From the NCBI GenBank assembly GCA_041389045.1, contig JAWKSQ010000001.1, positions 331,063 to 395,062 of the forward strand: a stretch of 64,000 nucleotides of DNA, read 5' to 3'. Each line of letters begins with the position of its first letter. Within the stretch, counting starts at the first letter, position 1. This DNA comes from Minisyncoccota bacterium (GTDB lineage Bacteria > Patescibacteriota > Minisyncoccia > Phycocordibacterales > UBA918). The position numbers and the translations under genes were made by a program. This document shows positions 1 through 9,769 of the stretch, one piece after another. The notes beneath the pieces are model-generated. The model did no database searches. It worked only from the letters and a program-made list of their open reading frames with translations, and was not told where the DNA came from.

Positions 1-385
1 GGAGGGTACTTTTTAAGCGGTTAGAGTAGACTGTGAAAGGAAAGGCTTCTATCTAAAATAATATTATAAATATAGTTATATCGGCTAGCCGAGATTAAAC
101 ACAAGAAGATCAAGTCTAATTTAGAGACTGAAAAATTAATTTGTATAAGTCTAGTTAAGTGGTGAGTTTAGACTTCTTTGTCTTAAAGATTGGTGGCGTG
201 GTAGTGTGGGGTAGTAACAGGCGGGAAGCGAAGCTTCCGGCCTTTGGAGTTTTCCTTAAAATCATAGATGTCTGATGGTTCAAATTTTAGATTAAAACTT
301 TTAATTTTAAATTAATAATTTTTAAATTAATTGTGAATAAAAAACCTAAGTAAATAAGCTTAATTAAGTTAAAATTGAGCTTAAC

Positions 386-2017
386 ATGTCCGGTCGTTTA
401 TTAGCTTTAGAGAGGGAAGTGTTGAAGCCTGGTATCTGGTTTATTTTCCGACCAGCTACTGTAGTCTTAAGTTTAATTTTTTTCTTTAGTCTTACTAACT
501 TAGCTTCAGCGGCCACCCTTACTCTTTCTGGTACCTTGTACTCTGACGAAGGGGTAACCCCGATCACTTCCGACAAGACTATCAAGGCAGCAGTTGGTAC
601 TAGTACTGTGAGTACTCACAGTACGTCAACAGATAGTGGGGCTGGTACTTATTCCATCATTATTCCAGATGGTCACTCCATCGTGGCTGGGACTCCCATT
701 ACTATCTTTGTGGATGGTGATGCTTCGACTACGGCTTCGATCACTACTAAAGCTTCGAGTACCGCTGACATTGTTAATCTAGATCTTTTTCAGAATTACG
801 TTATCATTAAAAATGAAGGAGGAGTAAGTACTACTACTACGAATGCAAACTTAGCTTTCTATACCAACAGCCAAGACAGTGACTTGAAGCTTATTGTCTC
901 AGATAATAATCTCACCACGGGCTACCAGCAGAATCTGTATCTGGCCGCCAACACTAATTACGCGCCCGGAGGAAACATCAATGTTGGTGCTAGCTTCGTA
1001 GCTACCTCCACTGCCTTGACTACTTTTAGTTTTGGTAACACTTTAACTTTCATTAGTACCACTACTGGTAATACTATTACAGCACCGCAAACAATACTCG
1101 ACAATTTAGCGGATCTTACTTTCAATGGAGTTGGTGGAGCATGGTCAATTAATTCTGCCGCCACCACTACTAATCTCACGATTAAAAACGGCACACTAAA
1201 CTCTCCTACTACTTCACTTACTATTACTGGCAATTTCATTAATTACGGAACATTCAACGACAACACTGGTATTCTCTATATGCAGAATCTGCAGGCGGAG
1301 GTAGCAGGGTATTTAGCCGGCCGTGACGCTTCAGGTGATGATTCTGGTACAGTATCAGCTTCAGTTAACAGTATTGTTACTGTAGGTAACTACCTGTACT
1401 TAGGCAGACAAGGTAACGCCACCGCCTGCTCCCAAACCCCAGGCTCCGCCATCGGTTGCGAGCTAATGGTCTTTGACATCTCTTCTTCCACGAACCCGAT
1501 CTACGTCGCCGGGCGAGATGCTTCAGGGAATGATGTGGGTACGGGGAGTATTCAGGTAAGAAATATCTCTATATTTAATAACAATCTCTATGTTGGCAAA
1601 AGTGGCAGCGTCACCGCCTGCTCCCAGACTCCCGGCTCCGCCACCGGTTGCGAACTTATGTTTTTTGATTTGAAGGCGATTCAACCTGCAGGTAAATTTA
1701 GAGGTAAGCTTTTTGGTTCAAATAATCTGGGTAATCTCACCTTGAATGGTATTGTCGAATTTATAGATAACGCCTCCACCACTAACCTAAATATATTAAG
1801 TGGCACTACTAGCGCATCAAGCAATTTAACAGTCACTGGTGATTTACAAAATAAAGGACTCTTTATCGCCCCTACTTCAACTCTCACTATAGAAGGTAAC
1901 TACAACCAGTACGGTACCTTCATCCATAGTTCTGGTACGCTTATTATTTCCTCTTCCAGTAACCAGACTTTGTCAGGTCAATTTGCGACTTCGTGGCGAG
2001 ATGCTTCGGGACGGTAG
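386..2017 (+). CDS. N-terminal fragment of giant surface protein: signal peptide, Thr/Asn-rich beta-helix-like segments, LVIVD-like repeats
   Basis: 543-aa ORF. Hydrophobic h-region LIFFFSLTNLASA followed by ATLTLSGTLYSDEG. Repeated NLT-x-GN-x-N-x-GTF segments. Units of the form C-S-Q-T-P-G-S-A-x-G-C-E-L-M-V-F-D-I-S-S-S-T-N-P-I-Y-V-A-G-R-D-A-S-G. Confidence 0.8.
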   Translation: MSGRLLALEREVLKPGIWFIFRPATVVLSLIFFFSLTNLASAATLTLSGTLYSDEGVTPITSDKTIKAAVGTSTVSTHSTSTDSGAGTYSIIIPDGHSIVAGTPITIFVDGDASTTASITTKASSTADIVNLDLFQNYVIIKNEGGVSTTTTNANLAFYTNSQDSDLKLIVSDNNLTTGYQQNLYLAANTNYAPGGNINVGASFVATSTALTTFSFGNTLTFISTTTGNTITAPQTILDNLADLTFNGVGGAWSINSAATTTNLTIKNGTLNSPTTSLTITGNFINYGTFNDNTGILYMQNLQAEVAGYLAGRDASGDDSGTVSASVNSIVTVGNYLYLGRQGNATACSQTPGSAIGCELMVFDISSSTNPIYVAGRDASGNDVGTGSIQVRNISIFNNNLYVGKSGSVTACSQTPGSATGCELMFFDLKAIQPAGKFRGKLFGSNNLGNLTLNGIVEFIDNASTTNLNILSGTTSASSNLTVTGDLQNKGLFIAPTSTLTIEGNYNQYGTFIHSSGTLIISSSSNQTLSGQFATSWRDASGR

Positions 2018-3017
2018 TGCGGTATCTTTTGGTTATTTTGCTTTTTTTAACCATCTCTATGTTGGTAGGTAACGCCACCGCTTGCTCCCAGACTCCGGTC
2101 CGCTATCGGTTGCGAACTTATGGTCTTTGATATTCCAGTTACGAACCCAGTCTATGTTGCTGGCCGGGATGCTTCAGGGGATGAGGTGGGTACGGGAAGT
2201 GTTCAAATCAACACTATTACAATAAATGACCAATACCTTATATTGCCAAAAATGGTAACGCCACCGCCTGCTCCCAAGTCGCCGGCTCCGCCATCGGTTG
2301 CGAGCTAATGGTCTTTGACATCTCTTCTTCCACGAACCCGATCTACGTCGCCGGGCGAGACGCCTCAGGTGATGGTAGTGGAATATCTTCTTTATCCTTT
2401 CAATTCGTTACTGCTTTAAGTAATTATATATATTTAGGTAAACAAGGTAACTCCACCGCCTGCTCCCAGACTCCCGGCTCCGCCACCGGTTGCGAGCTAA
2501 TGGTCTTTGACATCTCTTCTTCCACGAACCCGACTACGTCGCCGGGCGAGATGCTTCAGGGAATGATGTGGGTAGGGAGTATTCAGGTAAGAAATATCTC
2601 TATATTTAATAACAATCTCTATGTTGGCAAAGTGAGCGTCACCGCCTGCTCCCAGACTCCGGCTCCGCCACCGGTTGCGAACTTATGTTTTTGATTTGAA
2701 GGCGATTCAACCTGCAGGTAAATTTAGAGGTAAGCTTTTGGTTCAAATAATCGGGTAATCTCACCTGAATGGTATTGTCGAATTTATAGATAACGCCTCC
2801 ACCACTAACCTAAATATATTAAGTGGCACTACTAGCGCATCAAGCAATTTAACAGTCACTGGTGATTTACAAAATAAAGGACTCTTTATCGCCCCTACTT
2901 CAACTCTCACTATAGAAGGTAACTACAACCAGTACGGTACCTTCATCCATAGTTCTGGTACGCTTATTATTTCCTCTTCCAGTAACCAGACTTTGTCAGG
3001 TCAATTTGCGACTTCGT
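1415..3017 (+). repeat. Segmental duplication inside the giant gene: copy 1 at 1415-1994, copy 2 at 2449-3017, separated by further LVIVD-like units
   Basis: Direct comparison of the two copies. 1751-1994 and 2774-3017 appear identical by eye. 2449-2773 differs from 1415-1750 mainly by single-base deletions, leaving copy 2 a net 11 nt shorter. Confidence 0.85.
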
Positions 3018-3089
3018 CACCGTTATACAACCTTACTTTTGATGGGGTAGGATCGAAATCAGTAGCAGATATGTTTACTGTGGCTACGG

Positions 3090-5510
3090 ATACTTCTGAA
3101 ACATATATTTATTCAATGGCGGTAGATTCCGCTAACGGTGTCCTCTACGCTGGTTCAGGTAATAGTGGCATCATCTACCGTTGCGCCCTCTCTACTGGTT
3201 GCGATTCCTCGGGTGATTTTACGGAGGCGTATGATTCTCCAGCATTATACATCTACTCCCTCACCATCGACTCCGTCAACGGCGTCCTCTACGCCGGTTC
3301 TGGTAGTAAGCGGCATTATCTATCGCTGTGACTTGTCGACTAATTGCGACGCTTCTGGAGATTTTACAACCGCTTATGATAGTATATGGCCAAGTATCTA
3401 CTCCCTCACCATCGATTCTGTCAACGGCGTCCTCTACGCCGGTTCTGGCAATGGTGGTATCATCTATCGCTGTCTACTTAGTACTGCTTGTGATGCTTCT
3501 GGTGATTTTACGGTTGCTTACGATACTTCCGAAATATTCATCCAATCCTTATCATCGATTCTGTCAACGGCGTCCTCTACGCCGGTTCTGGTAGTGGTGG
3601 TATTATCTACCGCTGTGACCTTAGTACTGCTTGTGATGCTTCTGGTGACTTCACAGTCGCTTACGATACTTCAGAAACTTATTCATCGACTCCCTCACCA
3701 TCGAATCCGTCAACGGCGTCCTCTACGCCGGTTCTGGTAGTGGTGGTATTATCTACCGCTGTGACCTTAGTACTGCTTGTGATGCTTCTGGTGACTTCAC
3801 AGTCGCTTACGATACTTCAGAAAGTTATATTCAATCCCTCATCATCGATTCCGCCAATGGCGTTCTCTACGCCGGTTCTGGTACAGGCGGTTTCATCTAT
3901 CGTTGCCTCCTGTACACTAATTGCGATGCGGCGGAGGATTTTATAGTTGCTTATGATACTGCTGAGAATGAGATAACGTCCTTAGTGGTTGATGTAGATA
4001 GTGGTGTCCTCTACGCCGGTTCTGGTATCACTGGTATCATTTATCGTTGTGTTCTTGGTTCAGGCTGTAATTTAAGGGGTAATAGTTTACATACCGATAA
4101 CTTTACTACTAATTCTCTCAGTACTTTCTATACACCTGATTTTTTAGTTGTGTCTGGTGATTACACTCAAAACGGTACTTCGTCTGCTGCTTCTTCGGCC
4201 CGGTTCTATTTTAATGGTGATAGTGAACAGATTTTATCTGGTACTTTAACGGGAATATCAGCCCTACCAAGTAGTCATTTTAGTGGAGCGGGTGTAAAGA
4301 CTTTTTCAGACAATGCTCTTATCTACGGCAATCTGGTTAATGAAAATGGTTCAACTGTAGTAGCGCCAAGCGGAGAATTAACCATTGCTGGTAATTTTAC
4401 TCAAAGTGGAATTTTTACTAATAATAGTGGAGTACTTAATTTGTCTGGATCCGGCGCTATAGCAACTGGTACGTTAAGTGATACTTCTGCTTTAGGAAAT
4501 GTATCAATTGAGGGTGTCGGTTTAGATTTTTTTACCACGGTCTATGATACACCGGATTCAGCTATACACTCCTTAGTTATCGACTCCGTCAATGGTGTCC
4601 TCTACGTTGGTTCTAGTAATAACGGTATCCTGTACCGTTGCTTACTCTCAACTGGTTGCGACGCTTCCGGCGACTTCACAGTTGCTTATGATTCTACGCA
4701 AGGTTATATTCAATCTCTCACTATCGACTACGCCAATGGCGTCCTCTATGCCGGTTCAGCTACAGGAGGTATCATCTACCGATGTGTCCTCTCGACGGGT
4801 TGTGATGATTCTGGCGACTTTGCAACTGCTTACGATACTTCAGAAACATTTATTTACTCCCTCACCATCGATTCCGCCAATGGCGTCCTCTACGCCGGTT
4901 CTGGTAGTGGTGGCATCATCTACCGCTGCCTACTCTCAACTGGTTGCGACGCTTCCGGAGATTTTACAACAGCTTATGATACTCCAGAATGGACCATACC
5001 ATCCCTCACCATCGACTCCGTCAATGGTGTCCTATATGTCGGAACAGGAATTTTTAACGGCATCATCTACCGTTGTCTACTCTCAACTGGTTGCGACGCT
5101 TCTGGAGATTTTACAACGGCTTATGATTCTCCAGCTTGGGCTATCCAATCTATAGTTATAGACGTTACAAACGGCGTCCTCTACGCTGGCAGTGGTAACG
5201 AGGGTGTTCTATACCGTTGTCTACTCTCAACTGGTTGCGACGCTTCGGGCGACTTTACAGTCGCTTATGATTCTCCGGAAAGCTATATACAATATTTAAC
5301 CATCGACTCCGTCAACGGCGTCCTCTACGCTGGTTCTGGTACAGGTGGCATCATCTACCGTTGTCTACTCTCAACTGGTTGCGACGCTTCCGGTGACTTC
5401 ACAGTCGCTTATGATACTGATGAATCATATATTTATTCTATGGCCGTAAATACAAGTGATGGGTCACTTTATGCTGGTTCCAGTAATAGCGGAATTATTT
5501 ATCGTCGGGC
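3090..5510 (+). repeat. Array of ~17 tandem 120-bp (40-aa) repeats, interrupted at ~4080-4540 by a beta-helix-like spacer
   Basis: Consensus unit is NGVLYAGSG-x-GGIIYRC-x-LSTGCDASGDFT-x-AYD-x(3)-YI-x-SLTIDS-x. Eight copies are in frame in ORF 3985..5550. About nine more are spread over three frames between 3090 and 4080. Confidence 0.85.
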
Positions 5511-5550
5511 GGGCGGGGTTTACTTTCGGTGTAAATGCTTCCACCACTAA
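3985..5550 (+). CDS. Internal fragment of giant surface protein (40-aa two-Cys repeats)
   Basis: 521-aa ORF made of the 40-aa repeats plus a Thr/Asn/Gly-rich spacer. It has no independent start context or signal peptide. Confidence 0.7.
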   Translation: MVDVDSGVLYAGSGITGIIYRCVLGSGCNLRGNSLHTDNFTTNSLSTFYTPDFLVVSGDYTQNGTSSAASSARFYFNGDSEQILSGTLTGISALPSSHFSGAGVKTFSDNALIYGNLVNENGSTVVAPSGELTIAGNFTQSGIFTNNSGVLNLSGSGAIATGTLSDTSALGNVSIEGVGLDFFTTVYDTPDSAIHSLVIDSVNGVLYVGSSNNGILYRCLLSTGCDASGDFTVAYDSTQGYIQSLTIDYANGVLYAGSATGGIIYRCVLSTGCDDSGDFATAYDTSETFIYSLTIDSANGVLYAGSGSGGIIYRCLLSTGCDASGDFTTAYDTPEWTIPSLTIDSVNGVLYVGTGIFNGIIYRCLLSTGCDASGDFTTAYDSPAWAIQSIVIDVTNGVLYAGSGNEGVLYRCLLSTGCDASGDFTVAYDSPESYIQYLTIDSVNGVLYAGSGTGGIIYRCLLSTGCDASGDFTVAYDTDESYIYSMAVNTSDGSLYAGSSNSGIIYRRAGGVYFRCKCFHH

Positions 5551-5879
5551 CTTCATGATTGCGAGGGGAAGAGTGTGACTGCCCCAGCGCAACTTTCGAT
5601 CTCCGGCAACTACACCAATAACGGTGCGTTTATTACCGCAACTACTTCCACCACCACCTTCAGTGGTACGACTGCCCAGACTATCGCCGGTAAAGCGACC
5701 GGGACTTCGGCCTTTGCGAACACGGTCTTTACTGGTTCTGGCACTAAGACCTTTGCTTCCACTTCAATGGCGGCAAATAACTTCGTCGTCGAGAGTGCGA
5801 GTGGGGAAGTGATTGTGCCAGAGAGTCTCACGCTCACTGGTAACTACATAAACAACAGTACGACGACCCATGGCGGAGC

Positions 5880-6720
5880 GAAATGGACACTAGGGCTTGC
5901 TACCACCACTACACTCTGGGCTAAGTCAGTAGTCTACGGTAATGGTCGGTTTGTGGCGGTGGTAATGATGGAATTGGTAGAGTCTTTGTCTCTACTAACG
6001 AGTATTGAATGGAGCTATTATGAAAGTGCCATAAAAATGTTGGAATTCTATCGCCTTCGCTAATGGTCTCTTTGTGGCTGTTTCAGATAATGGACTCGGC
6101 ACGATTAACGATCGGGTGATGACCTCACCAGATGGCATTAATTGGACAGCTCGTACCGCGGCCGTCAATAACAATTGGCGATCAGTCACTTACGGCAACG
6201 GTCTCTTGTGGCAGTGGCGTCAACTGGCAGTGGCAATCGGTAATGAGGTCTTTAGACGGCACCGTTTGGGCCACAAGTACCAGTGCAGCGAATAATAACT
6301 GGACTTCTGTCACTTACGGCAACGGTCTCTTTGTGGCAGTGTCCGCAAGTTCTACTACCTCTAATGTCATGACTTCTCCAGATGGTATTACTTGGACATT
6401 ACAAACAGGAGCCTCTAGCAATAGCTGGCAAGCAGTCACTTACGGCAACGGTCTCTTTGTGGCAGTGGCGTCAACTGGCAGCGGTCAAGTCATGACTTCT
6501 ACTGACGGTGTCACATGGACTAGTCGTACTAGTGCGGCCGATAATTGTGGCAAGCAGTCACTTACGGCAACGGTCTCTTTGTGGCAGTGGCGTCAACTGG
6601 CAGCGGTAATCGTGTCATGACTTCTACCGACGGTGTCACATGGACTAGTCGTACTAGTGCGGCCGATAATTCGTGGCAAGCAGTCACTTACGGCAACGGT
6701 CTCTTTGTGGCAGGAATGCT
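5880..6720 (+). repeat. About 7 tandem ~40-42-aa repeats of type W-x-[SA]-V-T-Y-G-N-G-L-F-V-A-V ... M-T-S-x-D-G-x-T-W (beta-propeller-like), frame-broken
   Basis: The units are seen in ORFs 5575, 6074, 6132, 6545 and 6633. 6430-6545 and 6547-6665 are near-identical at DNA level apart from one missing base (ataattgtggc vs ataattcgtggc). Confidence 0.8.
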
Positions 6721-7517
6721 ACCGCTTCTTATCGTGCTATGACCTCTCACATCTCTACTACTACACTCAGTGGCGCAGATCAATCATTTTCGGGTACGCT
6801 TACCGGCGCCTCCACTCTCGGTAACCTCTCCTTCACCGGCAGTGGCACGAAGACCTTCGCAAACAACGCCAGCACTAGCAACTTCATCGTCTCTGCCAGT
6901 AGTACCGTCGTCACCCCAACCGCGCTTTCAATATCAGGCAACTATCACAACGACGGCACACTAACCACAACAGGAAACACTACCTACCTCACTGGTTCTA
7001 ACCCTCAGTCTCTATCTGGTACCACTACTTTCAACAACCTCTATCTCAAAAACAATAGTCGCACCGGCACCACCACTTTCAATTCTGCTCTCACGGTCGG
7101 GGATACTTTTACCGCCGACGGTAGTACATATATAGGTCTACTCTCCGGCGCTACCTCAACCATCGCTAACCTCACCTTAAACGGTTCATCCACTGCGCCG
7201 ATTTCTTTCGGTTCTACCGCAACTGGCACTAAGTCAAATCTAATTGTATCTGGATCTACTGTTGTCACGTACACCAGAGTCCAAGACTCCAGTGCTTGTG
7301 GTAGTAATGGAGGAGATTATTGATGTCTCAACTGGTAATAATACTGATGGTGGGAATACGGAGTGTTGGAGCTTTGTTGCACCAGCTATACCAACTATAA
7401 GTTTAGAGTCTGATCTACAATTCTATACTGGTCAAGCTACTACTAGTATAGGTAGAGTAACTATAACTGAATCAGAATCACCGAGTATTACTGCGATAAA
7501 TGATATTCGTATAACGA

Positions 7518-8906
7518 TTGCTACTAGTACTACTAATTTACGCTTTGATTCCAGTACCAGCCTCTTTTACTGGTTCAGCTATTGAAAAAGTTTCTAGTCC
7601 AGAGGTTTATGTCGATGATGGGGCTACGTTAGTTATTAATGTAGAATCTGATTTTTCACCAGGAGAAACCTTGTTTATTGATGGAATAAAGTTCGGTAGT
7701 TTTGGGACAGTTTCTTCAACAACTAGTCAGCTGGCTCTACACACCGATGGAGATAGTATTGGTGACCCAGCTAACTTAAGTTTTGAAACCATTAAACTTA
7801 CTGGTGCTCTCACAGCCTCAAACCACGACGCCGGCCAAGCCAGCAACCAATTCTCATTCCAAAACCGCACCTCCGTTCCACTCTTTAACTTCAAACTTAC
7901 ACCAACCGGCGAGTCAGCTACCATCACCGACGCCGTCATTACTCTCAGTGGTATTGATAAAATCGACGCTACCAACATTGGAAACTTTGATCTCTACCGT
8001 GACAATAACAGTGATGGAGCTATTGATGGTGGTGACACTCTCATCGACGGTAGTGGAATCCTCACCATCAATGGTCAGCATGGTGCTATTACTTTCAGCA
8101 CCGACTTCCTCTCCACCACCACTCATAACTACATTATGATCGGAGACACCACCTCTATCTCGCAAGGTTCGTCTGTGGTCTTTAGTATCAATACCACCAG
8201 CTTCACTAATATCGGACTGACTTCTGGTTTTGCTCTTTATCCAATTAATACTACCTCAAATATTCAACACCTTAGAAATGGAAGTTCGGGTGGTGGCAGT
8301 AGCCAAATTGGCGGTACACCGCCACCAGGCGCCTCAGTGGAAACTGGTGGTGGTAGTGGAACTGGTGGCGAAACCGGACAGGGAACTGACGGAGCGAATA
8401 TTGCTCCGGACCCAGATTACTATAAGCCGACGGGACTAGGAGCTGATAATGATTGGGCTGATCCGACTAATGCATACAACTCAGACGGAGTCTACGCATT
8501 TGCTAGTTTCAATAACTCTAAGCAAAGCTACACCAACTTCGGTTTCAATGTCCCAAGCGAGAATACAATACAGGGATTAGCGGTGAAGTTGGATGCGTCA
8601 CTCGATAACCCTGGAGAAGGCTCTGGTGCTATAGATGTCGCCATCTCTTGGGACGGAGGTTCTTCGTACACCACCGCTAAAGCTACTCCAACCCTGACTG
8701 GCTCTGACGTGGTCTATACCGTGGGAGGTGGTACCGACACTTGGGGTCGCTCTTGGACCCCAGTGAGTTCAACAGTTCACCTTTTCCGCCTCAGAGTCAC
8801 TGCTTCTAAAGATATGGGACCATTTGCTATACAAATAGACGCCCTGGAAGTCCGGGTTTACCACCAGGCTGGGGGTGGTGGAGCAGGTGGCGGTGGAGGG
8901 ATTTAG
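7518..8906 (+). CDS. C-terminal fragment of giant surface protein
   Basis: 462-aa ORF continuing from ORFs 6673 and 7244. It has a Gly-rich linker (SSGGGSSQIGGTPPPG) and a C-terminal ~150-aa domain (WADPTNAYNSDGVYA ... DTWGRSWTP ... IDALEVRVYH). It ends with a poly-Gly tail. Confidence 0.7.
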   Translation: MLLVLLIYALIPVPASFTGSAIEKVSSPEVYVDDGATLVINVESDFSPGETLFIDGIKFGSFGTVSSTTSQLALHTDGDSIGDPANLSFETIKLTGALTASNHDAGQASNQFSFQNRTSVPLFNFKLTPTGESATITDAVITLSGIDKIDATNIGNFDLYRDNNSDGAIDGGDTLIDGSGILTINGQHGAITFSTDFLSTTTHNYIMIGDTTSISQGSSVVFSINTTSFTNIGLTSGFALYPINTTSNIQHLRNGSSGGGSSQIGGTPPPGASVETGGGSGTGGETGQGTDGANIAPDPDYYKPTGLGADNDWADPTNAYNSDGVYAFASFNNSKQSYTNFGFNVPSENTIQGLAVKLDASLDNPGEGSGAIDVAISWDGGSSYTTAKATPTLTGSDVVYTVGGGTDTWGRSWTPVSSTVHLFRLRVTASKDMGPFAIQIDALEVRVYHQAGGGGAGGGGGI

Positions 8907-8910
8907 AAAG

Positions 8911-8943
8911 ATAACGGCCGAAACCGTAGGTTTCGGCCGTTAT
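8911..8943 (+). terminator. 15-bp stem-loop after the giant gene
   Basis: ataacggccgaaacc-gta-ggtttcggccgttat. No clear U-run follows. Confidence 0.5.
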
Positions 8944-9050
8944 CACCCGAGCGGGTTATACACAAATGTCTATAAATGAACATAAAAAAAGCGATTATTT
9001 TGCTAAAATTAACAGATAAAGAATTATTAAAACCACCACATATATTATTT

Positions 9051-9749
9051 ATGAACACAAAATTTTACCTAAAATCAACCTACCAAGTACTTCTGGCTTC
9101 AGTGCTTATTGCCACTTTTGCTTGTGCGAGTTTCTTCTTTCTTGAACTGGTTGGTTAAGCGGTTACTAGTGGCCCATTCACCATTAAGCAAACGATTACA
9201 GATGAGATTTCTTTCCTAGTTAATGCGGCCAATGTGGTGGCTACGGGTACTATCAACGGTATTACTGGTGGTACCGCTAACGGTACTACTACAGCAGTAG
9301 TAAGAACTAACAGTAACACTGGTTATTACATGGAAATATCTTTCTTCAACAATGGTACTCCACATGCTATGCGTGGTGATAGTAGTTTGAGTCAATCTAT
9401 CCGTAACTACGCCCCGGCGTCTTCAACTGTGCCAGACTACACCTTTTCTACTGCTAGCACGTCAGCTGTATTTGCTTATACAGTAGATGCAACAGATCCC
9501 TCTGATGTAGATCCTTCTTTCGTTCATAACGGTGCTGCTTGTGACGCTGGTGCTACTCCAGGAGGTGGAGCAAATTGTTGGATGGGACCAAGTACTAGTG
9601 GCTTTAGAATCATTGACCGCAACACAGCGGCTACTGCAGGCGCTACTAGTACTATAAATTTCCGTATCCACGTCCCTAATAACCCAAATCCTTCTCTAGT
9701 AGCTGACACATATACTGCTACCGCAACCTTGACGGCCCTTAACCAATAG
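9051..9749 (+). CDS. Secreted beta-sandwich-type protein, paralogue of 10838..11605 (WxL-like C-terminus). The signal peptide is separated from the mature part by an in-frame TAA
   Basis: ATG 9051 gives MNTKFYLKSTYQVLLASVLIATFACASFFFLELVG. TAA at 9156-9158 is in the same frame as the 9234..9749 ORF. The C-terminus is DTYTATATLTALNQ. Confidence 0.6.
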
Positions 9750-9769
9750 AGGTACTGTAGTCACATAAT

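Larger units (their letters stand above)
386..8906 (+). pseudogene. Giant repeat-mosaic secreted/surface protein locus (~2,800 codons if contiguous), broken into at least 12 reading-frame segments
   Basis: Same-strand ORFs in all three + frames tile the interval (386, 2120, 2308, 2993, 3138, 3328, 3740, 3985, 5575, 6132, 6545, 6673, 7244, 7518). Repeat units continue across the frame changes. There is an N-terminal signal/anchor, and the locus ends at TAG 8904-8906 followed by a hairpin. Confidence 0.75.

Noticed and set aside
1-385. Possible small RNA or gene fragment in the AT-rich left edge, which has hairpins tcggctagccga and ggaagcgaagcttcc.
   Set aside because: There is no ORF, no recognisable RNA motif and no terminator/promoter pair. 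It is probably just the upstream regulatory region of the giant gene, truncated by the window edge.
9156-9158. Alternative genetic code or stop-codon reassignment, as an explanation for the in-frame TAA and the many broken ORFs.
   Set aside because: TAA (gap, rpe, tkt), TAG (prfA, the giant gene) and TGA (rpiB, the FN3 protein) each terminate conserved genes at the expected length. The other breaks are frame changes, not in-frame stops.
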